A stretch of 64,000 nucleotides of DNA from Chrysomallon squamiferum (Eukaryota > Animalia > Mollusca): positions 13,392,001 through 13,456,000 of the forward strand of contig CM022677.1 of NCBI GenBank assembly GCA_012295275.1, given 5' to 3'. The position numbers and the translations under genes are program-made. A model generated the notes under the pieces. It searched no databases, was not told the origin of the DNA, and saw nothing but the letters and a program-made list of their open reading frames with translations. Below, piece by piece: positions 38,024-53,052 of this stretch (position 1 is the stretch's first letter; each line of letters begins with the position of its first letter).

Positions 38024-38371
38024 CTTTAATCCCTAAAATGAAAAATAAAAATAAAACTAAGGGCCCGTTCAAATATTACAAACGCTATATTTGCCAGGTG
38101 AAAAACGCCGCTTTGAGCCTCCTGTCATTTTGTAAACAAAACTCAACCTAAATATAATTATTTTTTGCTTATGTAGATTCTACATATTGTAAATTATTAT
38201 TATTATTATTTGTTATTATTTGTTTTTATGACCAGCTGGGATCACTAAATCATGTACTCAGTTTTTGTCTACTGTTTTCAATCAGCTTTACATCTGAATG
38301 ATGCAAAAGTTAACAACCAAACACTTACTGTTGATGGTTAATTTAGATTTGTATATTATTATATCACATTA

Positions 38372-38478
<107 letters not shown>

Positions 38479-41086
38479 GCACTGTTTATTATAAACTTAG
38501 CTGGCTTTGCTGGTACAGGGAAATATGTTCACGAATGAAGAGCTATCAAACATGTGCGCACACTCACATGTACACACGCACACACACACACACACAAACA
38601 TTCACACACACATATACACAGAGGGATTTGTGACTTATCTTAAAAAAAAAAACCGTGAGGTCACCAAGTAACAGTCAACATCCGAATAAACCATAATTTA
38701 CAATGGAGAAACAACAGCAACGATACTAACAACAACTACAACATAAACTAGTTCTGGATAAATCGCTAGATCTGATTTCACAAATAAAATATTTAAAACG
38801 GAGGACAAACGAAGAAACAAAGCCATATAAATATTAATTAATATTTTTTAGATACTTCAGTGCCTGTTTGACCATCTGCTTCAAAGCATGCACGCACAAA
38901 AACACGCGCGCTCACAGACACACAGACACACACACACGCACACACACAGAAATATGTATGCACCAGAGCTGTAACGATTACCACGATACAGAATCGTATT
39001 GTGATACAAAGGCCCCGATACGATACATCGATTCGGGAAGGATGTATCCCGATACAATATGACATTTTAATAATTTTTGGTGTGGAGTTGATGAAGATAT
39101 TTACATACAATGAAAACGTAACATCCACGTTTCGCCGCTGTAATTCCCGAACATTCAGGTTCCTATTAACAGTCCTCGAGGTTGCTGTCGTCACGTAACC
39201 TGAACACGTCATCTCATGGCATGGAGGACAAGAGCACATTTATTTATTTTTTTAATATTTTTCATGAAATTTACTTTTCAGAAAGATTAATATGTTCCAT
39301 TATACACGAAATCGGTTGATTTATTATCTCAGAATAACCTAATATATATTTTATAACAGTCCTAAAGGACTCTTTTTTATTTCTACAGTTTAAAATGCGG
39401 CGGCTCTCTCAGTTTTGCCTTCAGTGAATTAAATATTTATTTATTTATTATTAATTTATGATTAATTGTTGTTGCTGTTGTTGTTGTTGTTATTATTACT
39501 ATTATTATTTTATTTTATTTATTTATTTTTCTTTATTTTATTATTCTTTTTTCTTTTTAGTACATTTTATTTAACATATTTTACGTTTGAACTTTAGATG
39601 TATTTTTAAAAGTAATTACAGTAATATTACTGAATTTTAACGTGGATAAAATGTCATAGGCTGCCACTTTTAAAAAAGAAAAGAAAAAACTGAGATGTGC
39701 CTAACAAGTCTCAATAGCAAAGCATAACTTTCTTCACACATGTATCTTAATTTTCCAGTGTTAAGTATTTTAAATATTTAGTGGTAAAACGTTAAAAAGA
39801 TGTTTAGTTTGAAACTATATATGTATACAAATATGTGTGTATGCGTATGTATGTATGTATGTACGTATGTATGTATGTATGTATGTATGTATGTATGTAT
39901 ATATGCATATGTGTGTATGTGTGTATGTGTACGTTTGTTAATTGAAAGAAGTACAAGATCTTGTAATAGAAACAAATCAGACGTCATATTGGATGTTAAT
40001 GATTCGCTATGTTTGATTGTACCGAGCATTCAGTTATGTGTGTTCTATTTTTATTTATTTACTTATTTGTGTGTGTGTGCGCGCGCGCCCATGTATTTGC
40101 ATATTGCTTCGTTTAGTTTTCATTTTACGTTTAAAATTAAAATAATTTAACAATATAAAAAAAGGCAAATACTAAGGCAAATACTGATTACACTATTTCT
40201 AAGATACATAATTATATGCCAGTCCTGAAATAGAATTAGTTCGTGAAAACAACGAATGATGCTGCCCTATTGAAATAAAAATGCAAGAACAAATTCACGT
40301 AATTTTTATTATTATTATTTTTTTTATACGCCTTTACTGAACATTAACTTCAACAAATAAAATGAAACAAATAAAAGACCGGAAGCACACTTTCAATCGT
40401 TTGGGTTGTCCGATATTGTGCAAAATAAACTGACGTCGAAATATTAAAATTCTCTGATTGTCGTTCCTGACTAATAACAAGATAAGAAGATGTCTGAACA
40501 AGTTTGTAACATGAAAAATAATAAGAGAAACCAAAAATAATTGTCTTTGGATGGAAAGTGAAATGTAGAAGCCAACTTGTGCATGGTATAGTATCTAAGT
40601 TTATATATTTTATCCACTCATAACTCATATTTTATCCACGTTAACTGAATTCTTAGCAGAGATATTGGACATTACAGATATCGAAACAATTTATTATGTC
40701 TAGTATAAATATAAAGATTTAAACTCAGTAAAAACTTAGATTGTTTACAATATTATCATATATGGATATAGAAAATAATATAACATATCGATTCGGTCTG
40801 TGTTATGAAAGGTGGTAGTAAATTTATTTGGAAGAAAAATAAAATATATAAAGTCAACAACTTATGTTTAATATTACAATTATTTTATATTTGACTATTG
40901 ACCCTCAAAAGTGTTTACACTGTTGTTGTTTCTTCAATTGACTGTCATTAGGCGTTTAATATAGTTGTTGTTGTTTTTGTTGTGGTTGTTGTCAAACATA
41001 AAGAAGAACGCAGATTACCTTATCTATATTTCAGTAACAGTTTTTAAAATAATTTTTAATTATTATTATAATTCATTCATTGTCAG

Positions 41087-41126
<40 letters not shown>

Positions 41127-44107
41127 TAAATTTGGTATATTGATGATAATAATAATAATCAAAATCATCATCATTTAATTTTTGATTTAAAATTTTTTTC
41201 ATTTGGTTTCTGTAATTTGTATTATTTCTTCATTTTGTTGCTATTTCAGTAATATTATATTTTATGACATTTTATTATTTTTCTTTTTTCTATAACTTAT
41301 TCATTTAATTTATTTGCATTATGTATTTTAAATACATATATATATACCTGAGTGTGTGTGTGTATGTATGTGTGGATATATACATATACTATCTTAATTC
41401 TTCTGTCTTCTTGTTTCTTCTTATTCCTGTGTTTATTCATATTTCTTCATATTATTTGTTTTCATTTTTGAGTTATCTTTAAAGCTATTTTATTGTTTAT
41501 TATTTTAACCTATTTATTATTTACCATGATTATTGTTTCTTGTTATTTTTCTTCATTACAGTTTCCTCAAAATCTTTTACTTCTTGTCTGTTCCTCTTGT
41601 CTGTATTTAATTTCAGTTATTTTATTGATAAGCAAGATTTTTGTAATATACCATTTATTTATTATTTTTTAGTCTCCCAATTTCTGTTCATAGTTCTTAT
41701 TCTTCTTTCTTTTTCTTTTTTCATATTTTAAATTCTTAATTTTTATTTTAATGATTTTTATTATTTATTTATTATATTTTTTATTTTTTATTTTTTTGAA
41801 GCTACTGACCATTTGTATTATTGTTATTTTTCTTCTTCATTCTTTTTGTTTCTTATTCTTCATTTCCTAGTTTCTGTGTTTTCTTTTATGTTACCATTAT
41901 TTTTACTTATTTTTTTCCTGTGATGTCACTTAAAATACACTATTATTTCTTTTAGTTCTTCAGTCTCTTTCTTTTATCGTTTTAATTTCTTTTGTTTTTT
42001 TGAATTTTGTTCTTCTGCTCATTTTATTTAAAGAATTATATTTTTTTTATTATTATTATATGTATGTATGTATATGTATTTATATTATTATTATAAATTT
42101 AATATAATGTTTATTTATTTATTTATGTATTAATATTTTCAATCTCTTAACTGCATCACCCATCTTCCTGGTTATTTTTCTACATTCTAATAATTCAAAT
42201 TCTTTTATTTTATTAAGTATTTATTATTATTATTATTATTTTTTTTTTTTTACCAGCTTGTTACAATTCATTTTAATATTACATTTCTTCTTCATGTTTC
42301 TTCTTATTCAGTTGTGAGAAGAATTTTTTGTTTTGAGTTATAAAAATGCTCTTAAAACAAGTTTTAGTAGACAGTTGATTATTTTTATTTTATTTCTAAT
42401 TTCTGTCTATCTAATGTATGTATGTATCTGTCATTTATTTATTTATTTTATTATTGTTTTTAATTTATTTAAAATATAAACATAATGAATTACATAATAT
42501 TCACATTAATTATTATCAACCTTTTCATTATTTTATTTAAAATTACAACCTACTGAATAATTTAGTATTCTGTATTTTCATTATTTTTTTTAATTTATCA
42601 GGAAACAGTTTTGGACCCCAGGCTTTCCGAGCTGTGTGTTTGGCAATGTGTTCTAACACAACAGTGATCTTCATTAGCCTCAACACCAACAAAACAGACA
42701 CTGAGAGTGCTGTGAGTAATCTTAATTATAACTGTTATAAAATCTTTTATAATAATAATAACAGTAATAATAATAATAATAGTAACAACAACAATAACAA
42801 TAATAATGACAGTAATAATAATAGTAGTAGTAATAATACTAGTAATAATGATAATAGTAATAATAATGATAGTAATAATAGTAATACAATAATAATAATA
42901 ATAGCAGTAGTAGTAATAATAATAAAACCAGTTTAAAGGATTCCATATTCATAATATAATGCTTATGCTGATAACAAGAAATTATTTTTATATTTATATA
43001 TGTATAATTGTCAAAAAAAATTCTTATATTCTTTTCTTCTTCTTATTATTATAATTAGTAGAAGTATTGTCATTATTATTGTTATTCTTATTATTATTAA
43101 TATTATTATTGTCATTGTTATTTTTATTATTAGTAGTAGTTAGTATTTGTAATTATCCAGCAGTATCTGTTATCTACTAATATTTCTACCTCTGGTGTTA
43201 CCACTGTTACTGCTGTTATTCTACTACTGAAAAAAAATAGTTACTAACAGTGACTTTGAACACACTAAAGCTATTACCAATAATTATTATATTATATATC
43301 TATTTACCTCTGTGTCTGTCACTGCTATTTCTAATGTTGCTACTTTATCTTATTTACTACCTCTATGTATTGTATCTACTTGTACTATACAACCTAAGCT
43401 AATTCTACCACAGTTATCACTATTACTGTTACTGCTGTGATTACCACTATTACTACTACAAGTACTGTTATTACTAATACTTTAGATATAAGATACAACA
43501 ACAGCAACAATAAGAATATAACAAGAACAAACAAAAAATATACGAATGCAGACAAACCGATATAAACATGCTTGCTGTTGTAGTCTTTGTTCTTGATATG
43601 AAAATTAAAGACTGTAAAAGGAGATATATTTTGAATGGGTGTCTACTTACTTATTTATTAAAAAATAATAATCAAAGACGCTGTATGTGAATATTTATAA
43701 TTATAATAATAATAATATAAGTAATTTTCTCTTGGGACTGTATACTGTTTATTCTCACGTGATTCAAGTATTTTGTTTTAATGAAACATCTCATTATTAT
43801 TTCAACAAAGAGGGAAATGCCTTTATCAATTATTATTATTATTATATGATTATTTCTCCTCTAACTTGATAGTCCCTTAAAAAGTATTAAACTTACCAGT
43901 TTCTACTTATTTCAGCCAAACGTCTAGTCTGTTTTCAGATGAAAATTTGTAATATCAATAGTTAAAAATTGTTTATGCTGCTTGTATTAAATTGAATATA
44001 TATATTAACAGTCAACTGTAGATGTAAATTGTCATTACGTACATATTGCGTTAAACAATGAGGTAAAAAAACAAGTACTCTTATGTTAAAAACTGGCAAT
44101 CTCTCAT

Positions 44108-44146
<39 letters not shown>

Positions 44147-45299
44147 AAATATTTTATATTTTATACACTTTACTTAATTAAAATATATAATGACAGTATT
44201 GTATAAAATTCCCCGCATGTATCATGTGATTCAGTATCTTACTATTTCATGTGTTATATTACAGAATTAGAATATCATAAATGTCAGTAACTTGCTGATA
44301 ACGAAACATCGTATATAGAGTATAATTTTCCTAGGATATTTCAGATGTATTGTTTACATCATGAATACATGAATTTATGATTATTATTATTATTATTATT
44401 ATTATTATTTTAACTGTATACAGTCGACTCTGAGAAAACCAATCTTCAACTAATACGGATTTCTGAATAACCTGCACCATTTCAAAGTTTCGTCCAGCTA
44501 TCGGTAACCTACTATCATAGTCGGGAAAAACACCTCGCTTGGATATGCCATAAGCAGATTAAAATAAAATATATTTAATGAATAAATGAATGAAAAAAAT
44601 TAACATGCTAATCAGAGCGAGCTGTTGTGAAGCACGTCTACGATGGGCACACTTTCTGACAGGTCAGTGGGTGTGTCTGTTGCACAAAAGAGTTGTAGGT
44701 AAGGAAAGAGAGTGGGTTCTCGTTACAATTGCAGGACACAAGGGAGTGTCCAGCATATCGGATCATAACGAGTTGGTTCCGATGTTTCGTAGACGTTGTA
44801 CGCTCCTTGTTGTTTCCGGCACTTGTCTCGTATTCGTCACCGGGTCTGTGTTGGTTGCATCATATTTGTTTGTTCTTTTCTCGGCTGCTGTTGATGTTTT
44901 CTTGTTCTTTTTGACTGCTTCCCTCTGGTCCAACAATTCCAAACTTATTATTTTTTGTTTTGCCATTGATATTTTTAGTGATTTAAAAGATGCTGTAAAC
45001 ACCTGTAACTAAAAAGAATAAGAACATGAATGTAGTTAACTTATTTACATTTTATTTTATTTATTTTTTATTTTTTTTTATTGTAATTTAAAAGATGTTA
45101 TAAATACCTGCAGCTAAGAATAAGAGCAATGTGTAATAAGATTATGTACATAATAATAAAAACAAAAAATAAAAAAAAACATAACCGGGTTAGAATGGTC
45201 TGAATGTAAGTAGATATAGTACGTATACGTTTTTTTAAATTATTAATTTAATTGGCTATTCAAATTGATCCGTCAGTCAGCTGATCCATCCATGGATCA

Positions 45300-47700
45300 A
45301 TCAGCTGTTCAACCAACCAATCTGTAAGTCAATAAAATCATTCAACTGTTGTTTGTGTTTTGTGTTCAGAATGTGTGTTGTTACTGCAGTGAGGACTAAC
45401 TCTCTGTCTTTCGTGTTTGGTGCCAAGATGTTTTGAAGCGTGAACTCGATTTTTAGTTCCTCCAGTGTATTGCGTAGTGCTTGTCTTTCCTTGGCAAAGT
45501 TTTGACAGTGAAACAAGTAGTGTTTCAGGGTTTCGGAGAGTCCACAGCTGCAGTTGGGTGATGTGGTGTTGTGATATTTGTATCAGATTGCATTTAAGTT
45601 GGTCGAGTAACCAAATCTGACTTTGGTGAGGTTGTTGTTTTGTAGTTTGTTGGTGAGTGTTATTTTGGGTGTTTTGGTGAGTGGTTTGATGTTCAAGTGC
45701 CATTTGTTTTTGGTGTTGTTCCATTCATTTTGCCACTGTTTGTCATAATGTTTGGCTTCAGTGGAGATAATTTCATTTATTCCATTGTGTATGTCTGTGC
45801 AGATGTCTTCGTCTTTAATGCTGAGTGACTCTTTGGTGTAATGGTTGGCAAGTTTGTTGCCAATGATGCCAACATGTTTGCTCCCCAACTGATTCTGGAA
45901 ATTAGGTTTAGAAGATTGAGAATTTTTTGGCAGGATGCTATTATATTGTGTATGTGGTATCCAAAGTTGAATGTTTTGGTTTGTTTTATGACGTTGTTGT
46001 TGATGTTCAGTGTGATTTTGTTGTTTTCTGTTTTTATTGTTGAACTGGAGGCATGTCGTTTTCCAAAGAGAAATCTTTATGCCCCATTTCAATGCCCAGT
46101 CATTTATGTTGTTTAGGTCTTTTTGTATTTGTTTCTGTATTGCTGTGGTTGATCTGCCTGCCCACCAAAAGGTGCAGTCGTCTGCAAAGAGTGCTGTGTT
46201 TATTGATTCGTTTGGTGGATGTTTGGTGTTGTCTTGTTTGTCAAGTGCTGTGACGAGGTTGTTGATGTAGATGTTGAGGAGTGTTGGTGAGATCACGGAT
46301 CCTTGGGGGATGCTGTTGTCAATTGTCGTTTTCTCTGAGGTGTGACTGTTCACTTTGACTGCTATGGATCTGTTGTTGATGAAGTCTTTAATGAAGTTGA
46401 ACATGTTGCCTTTGATGTTGTTGTTGATTAATTTGACGAGAGCAGTCCTTCCCTCCATACCATGACGAATGCTTTTTCAATGTCTAGGAATACTGCGATG
46501 ACTTTTTTGATTTCCTAAAAGATTGGTTGATTGATGTTTGCAGACAGGTGGTCTGGTTGTTTGTGCTGTGTTTCTTCCTGAAGCTGCTTTGATAGTTGCT
46601 GATTAAATTGTTGTTGTTTAGATGCTGATGTTGAAGACATGATTGTATTACAGGTGTTCTGTGTCTGCAGAATGTTCGTCGATTGTTACCTAACAATGTC
46701 CAGTGGTTTCTTTGTGAATTTCACTGGGAAGTTTGAATTGCTGTTGGATCTGGCGAAAGTTTTGCTGAGTTGGTCTGCTTTTTGTTTGTCTGTCAATGCG
46801 ATGTTGTTTTTGCTGAGACTGTTGATTCTGTGGTTTTTTTTTTTTTGGATGTTTTTCACTTTGGCCCACATGTCTTTGACTGATGTTTTGTGGTCGATGA
46901 TATTGTTACAAAAGAGTTCCCAGTGTTCTTGTTTTGCACTGAGAATTAGGTTGGAAACTTCTTTTTTTGTATTTTGTATTTTTTGTCTGTGGAATAATTT
47001 CTGTCTTTTTTGTATTGTCTTCTGAATTTGTTTATTTCTTTGCATTTGTTTTCTATGTGTTCTGTACACCAGGGAGTGGATATTTTGCTGGTGCATTTTC
47101 TGGTTTTGGGTATGAATCTGTTGGCAGTGGAGTGTATCGTGTTGGTGAGCGATGTGCAGTAGTTGTCGATGTCGTTGGTGTTCTGTGTTGTGATGTTTCT
47201 GCATGCTTTGTAAAAGCCTTCCCAGCCTGCTTTCTTGAAGTTCCATTTGGATGTGAAAATGGATCTGTCAGAGAAAGTGTTCTTGCTGTTGTAGTTGATT
47301 AGTATTGGGTGATGGTCGCTGTTTAGTTGATTCAGCACTTGCCATTCACAGAGCACTGTGATGTCCTTACTTTGTGAATGTTAGATCAATGGTGGATTGG
47401 CTACCACTGATGTCGCTGGTGTATGTGAATGTTCCGTTGTTCAGACAGACCTGCTGGTTTTGCTCTATGAAATTTTCTGGAATGATTCCAGGACTGTCGT
47501 CTGTCGAGCCACCCCATAAAGTGTTGTGACAGTTGAAATCACCCAGTTTAATGACTTTGATACCCAGGGACCTTAAAGGTTTTTGTTGTTTTGTTGTTTT
47601 TGTTGTAGTGACCTAGCCATGTTTCTTGTCTGGTGTGTTTTGAGTGGAGGTCAGGAAGTGTACAAGTTTGTCTCCGTGGCCTGCTGAATGGAGGTGTTTA
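45300..47700 (-). mobile_element. Degenerate RNase H-containing LINE (I-group-like) ORF2
   Basis: APE motifs GDFNCHNTLWG and SDHHPI; RT motifs IPQGSVISPTLLNIY and ALFADD; RNase H HVGIIGNKLA; C-terminal C.CG..ETLKHYLFHC. Confidence 0.88.
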
Positions 47701-47709
47701 GCGTTCCAC

Positions 47710-48290
47710 TGAAGAGTGGAGAGGTCTGTGTTATGGTGTGCTTGTTGTGAAGAGTGGAGAGGTCTGTGTTATTGTGTTCTTGTTGTGAAGAGTGGAGAGG
47801 CCTGTGTTATTGTGTTCTTGTTGTGAAGAGTGGAGAGGTCTGTGTTATTGTGTGCTTGTTGTGAAGAGTGGAGAGGCCTGTGTTATTGGTGTTCTTGTTG
47901 TGAAGAGTGGAGAGGTCTGTGTTATTGGTGTTCTTGTTGTGAAGAGTGGAGAGGTCTGTGTTATTGTGTGCTTGTTGTGAAGAGTGGAGAGGCCTGTGTT
48001 ATTGTGTGCTTGTTGTGAAGAGTGGAGAGGCCTGTGTTATTGTGTGCTTGTTGTGAAGAGTGGAGAGGTCTGTGTTATTGTGTGCTTGTTGTGAAGAGTG
48101 GAGAGGTCTGTGTTATTGTGTTCTTGTTGTGAAGAGTGGAGAGGTCTGTGTTATTGTGTGCTTGTTGTGAAGAGTGGAGAGGTCTGTGTTATTGTGTGCT
48201 TGTTGTGAAGAGTGGAGAGGCCTGTGTTATTGTGTGCTTGTTGTGAAGAGTGGAGAGGCCTGTGTTATTGTGTGCTTGTTGTGAAGTGTG
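47710..48290. repeat. 38-bp minisatellite, ~15 copies, at the LINE 5' side
   Basis: Unit GTGAAGAGTGGAGAGG(T/C)CTGTGTTATTGTGTGCTTGTT. Confidence 0.92.
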
Positions 48291-48980
48291 TAAATGGTTG
48301 GTACTGTTTGGTGATTTTTTTTTGTTCACTTCTGTTTTGTGTTTGTAGGATTTCTCTTGTCTGTGTGTAATTTAAGTCTTTTGTCATCTGTGGAGATCTT
48401 GAAGCCCAGGCTGTCTTCGATTATTCCTCAATATTCCTGAAAACTGTACCTTCCAAATGCACGGCCATCAAGTTGGTGGTAATTATGTTATAAACTGCCA
48501 TTGACCAGGAAGAACCAGATGTAAAGCCTTACAACTCGTTTCCTACCAGTCAAAATTTTATATATGAAATGACACAGAGTTGATTAGTTTCTGTGTTACT
48601 GTTGCAGTATCTGCATTATTTTGTTCAATTATTATTTTTTTTTTATCAGCTGGATCACTTCCTCATTCAGTATTCAAATCTGTTAACTTTAATAAACATA
48701 GATTTGTAGCTAAAAGTTCAGTTCAGATCAAGATAACACTTCAGCTTTTTAATCACTGCAGTTTTGTTTTGTGTTAGAATAATATACATAAACTAGCTGA
48801 TGAACTGCATGATATTCACAGATAATATTTATTTTTTATGAATTTATTCAGCTTCATTTAATATATCAAACTCTCTCTATCTCTGAGTCTCTCTGTCTGA
48901 CTCATCTCCTGCATGCATAACAACTTTCAAAATCCATATGTATCTTTCTGTTTGTTCATTTATAACCCATACAGAAGTAG

Positions 48981-49040
<60 letters not shown>

Positions 49041-49853
49041 TCTCTCTCTCTCTCTCTGTATATTTTTCTTTTCTATTTTTTTGTTTATCCATAATTTTCA
49101 ACCTCATTCTACTCTTTCTTTCTCATTCATTCTTTGTCATTCTATTTGTGTCTGTGTCTGGCATCTTAGTGTATTTGTCATCTGTTTTTGGTATTTAGGG
49201 TTAGTTGGTGTGTTTGTTTCTGAGTTTCTGTCTTTCTGTCTATGTGTGTCTGTGTATGTGTATTTGCTAGCTTTTTCTATGTGTGTTTCAGTAATAATGA
49301 ATGATTTTTAATTTTTTAATTTTTCTTTTTTATGAAGATGAAGCAATTCAGAGTTCTGTTGAAAGGCTCACATACGGCATGAACAAAGCTGACAGACTAC
49401 AAAGAAACTGTCCACAGAGAAATTTACAAACTTGAAACATGTCAATTTAAGAAAAGCAGAACTAAACTCTAGTACTTTTGGACAATTGCCTTTGTTGGTG
49501 TCACTGACTCACCTAGCAACCATTAACTTCAATGAGTTGAGAACGTCTGGTACAGATGCTGTGAAAGTCATTTGTGGTCATTTTATTTATTAAAAGTAAC
49601 CATTACTGAGTTTAATTTTGGAAATGTTTTTAAATAATTAATATAATTTGATTATTTCTGCATTAAGAATATAAATAAACACCTAGATAAACACTAAATT
49701 CCTTAAAATATAAATTCAGTTTATAAATCAAGTTTCTTGATTGATCTAATTCTGGAGAGAAATCTGACAATATTATCACCAGAAATATGTTTTTTATTAT
49801 TATGTCTTTATTTTTTTGTTTTTAACTCTCTCATTTTCATGAATTTCATATAT

Positions 49854-49896
<43 letters not shown>

Positions 49897-50165
49897 CCTC
49901 TCTTACTCTGTCTCTGAGTCTCTTTCTGCCTTTTATAATTAATTTTGTAATTTTAGCTTTACATATCTTTATATTCCTGAGAGTGAGTGAGTGTGTGTGT
50001 ATCAGCAATAGTGATAATTGCTACTACTCTGATAATAGTGTGTGTGTGTGTGTGAGTGTGTGTGTCAGCAATAGTGATAATTGCTACTACTCCAATAATA
50101 GTGTGTGTGTGTGTCAGCAATAGTGATAATTGCTTGTCAGATAATAGTGTCTATGTGTGTGTGTG

Positions 50166-51616
50166 GTGTCGTCCCATCTTGTTGAATCGCATTTTGTTGA
50201 AATTAATACAGAAATAACAACCTGACCCTACCTCGCTGCTGAATGGGTTAATCCAATGTGGTAAATGTATTATTTGTTTAGTGTCTTATGTGATCTTTTA
50301 TTTCTTGAAAATTTGGTAATCCTCCTTTGTTTCACAAATTGCTTTGTTTAGCCTATTAATACAATATTCTCTGTCAGTTAAAAACAATCAAATCTTGTGC
50401 TATCTTTTGGGAAAAATTGGTTAATCTTCCTTTGTTTTACATTGTTTTGTTTACCTATTGATCAAATCTTCCCTGGCTTGTTTTACATTTTTAATTGCAT
50501 CCCGTGTCTTGTTTTATTTTTATAATCACCCACCTGATAACCAGATTGCCATTCGTTTTATGAGCACCATCCACAAGCAGGTGGGAGACAAAATCACACA
50601 ACAGATCTACAACAACGAGAGTGCCAACCAAGATGACAACGATGTTCACACCTTGCCTAGCTTCCACAGTGTGAAGAGCACCTTGTACATCATCATAAAA
50701 CCACCATCCCCATCCTCCCAGCCTCCAGAGAAGAGCTGCACCTTGGACACAAACACAAGATGCTTCCTCTTGCTCTCGGATGGAGATGCTGACAAAATGG
50801 TGGAGTTCTCAACTGATGATCAGCTAAGAGATCTACAGACACCTGAGACAATCTACATGGACAGGATGTTCTCCTCTTGCACTGGTTTGTTGAACCAGTT
50901 TTACATTGTACATGGATCCCTCTCCTGTTTGCTTCGTTGCCGCGTTCCATTCAAGGCTCAACAGATCTCTACCCCACCAGCACCCAACATCTACAAGTTT
51001 GTAGACCTCATCCAAGGAATCGAGAAGGCAGAGCGGGACAAAATAATTCAGATCCAGTTTGGAGGTGTAGGACGTCTCAAGAGACAGTTTGGAGTTGTAG
51101 GAAGTCTCAAGAGACAGTTTGGAGGTGTATGAAGGATTCAGATCCAGTTTGGAGGTGTAGGACATCTCAAGAGACAGTTTGGAGGTGTAGGACGTCTCAA
51201 GAGACAGTTTGGAGGTGTAGGACGTCTCAAGAGACAGTTTGGAGTTGTAGGACGTCTCAAGAGACAGTTTGGAGGTGTAGGACGTCTCAAGAGACAGTTG
51301 TAGGCTGGAGACAAGACACTTCTCCAGTACCTCGATGCAGTTGTACACCTCGTCAAACTTGAACTTCGTAACTCGGTTGATCATAGTGTATTGATCACAG
51401 TATCCCTGAATATAGTGCTTGAATTTTGAATAATACTATCTCTGAATATAGTGCCTGAACTTTGAATAATACTATCTCTGAAGATAGTGCTTGAAACTTG
51501 AATAATACTATCTCTGAATATAGTGCTTGAATGTTAAATTCACAAATACACAAATTCAACTTGTTTTGTTATTCCTCTGTGGCCGGTAGATGGGATTTGA
51601 CAGGATGGGACGACAC
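50166..51616 (+). mobile_element. Internally deleted MULE/Mutator-like DNA transposon
   Basis: ~27-bp imperfect TIRs GTGTCGTCCCATC.../...GATGGGACGACAC. Transposase relic LPSFHSVKSTLY and IYMDRMF...NQFYIVHG (cf. MDGTF..QLY..H). Contains 30-bp (51055-51300) and ~36-bp (51400-51530) tandem repeats. No TSD seen. Confidence 0.7.
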
Positions 51617-52216
51617 TCAACCCTGTGGCCTAGTCCACTGTCTTATTTGAGTACTGTGAATGGGATTAGTGATTTATTTATGACTTCCATGGATAGAACC
51701 ATGTGTGTGTACATGAATGAGTGCATGTGTGTATCAGCAATAGTTATAATTGCTACTATTAAGATATTAGTCTGTGTGTGTGTGTGTGTGTTAAGAAATA
51801 TTTGGTTATCAGTTTATGTTTAAATGCTTTGTACAAAATACTCAGGTCTGTTTTATTTAAATTTAAGATTGAATCTGTCCTTAGTCTTTGTTTATACCAC
51901 CAAGGGTCACAACTCTGAGTGAAAGAGCTTGAATACTGGTGGAAACTCATTAGGTAAGCTTCACATAATAAATTATTTTATATTTTTCAGTAAAAAAATG
52001 CAAATATTTATAAAATTACAAAATAATTACCACCAACAATATCAGCAGCAATATGTAACCCTAACACTAAACCTAACCCTAACACTCACCTACGCTAATC
52101 CAATGGTAACAATAAGAAAAAAGAAGGAATACTAAATAAAAGGTTCTATTATTGTTAATGCTGTTGTTATGTTGTTTTCTTTTTAAATTATTTATATAAA
52201 CTTAATTAATTTTAAG

Positions 52217-52577
52217 ATCTTGCTGTCAAAAAGTCAGGGGAAAAAATTGAATCATCTTGCAGTTGTCTCCCTTCAGTTGCAGACAGCTTCCTGATTAAAC
52301 TGACAGCACCTGGAGGACATCCTGGTAAACAGTTATAGTTATTTTTTTATTTTTAACATTTATATGGTTCATACTTATTGAAATTTGTCATATCATGTTG
52401 AAAGGTCATGGTGAGTGATTATATGGTGTGTAGTAGAGCAGTAATAACAGTTCACAGCTATCTGTCTATCTTTCTATGTATCTATCTGTAATAATAAACA
52501 TCACATTCTCCTTATTTTTGAATATTTATATCTTGTCTTTCCCACTTGACAATTCAGAATGTTCATCTCCATATCTT

Positions 52578-52628
<51 letters not shown>

Positions 52629-52997
52629 ATAATAATATAGAAGAGAACAGAAAGTGATGAAAGTATTTTAAATTTCTAGGTGCTAAGGAGTGTATTCTGT
52701 CTGTTGACGAATTGAACACTATCACTGGGACCAAGAAAGATGGAGAAGTACCTGCCTGGCTTCAGGTAATAAACAAAGTATATGTATGTGCTGTATTCTG
52801 CGTATGAAGATTTTTGTTTTTTATTTGTGGGTTGTAATTTTTGGATAAATAATTTTAAAAATTATTACTATAACTACATTATTTTTATTAACTTTATTTT
52901 CTTTACAAATACATACACATACTTACAAATGTATTTTGTTTCAATACAGTCTATGTATCTATTTACAAATAAAAGAACAAGAAAATAGTTATTAATG

Positions 52998-53052
<55 letters not shown>

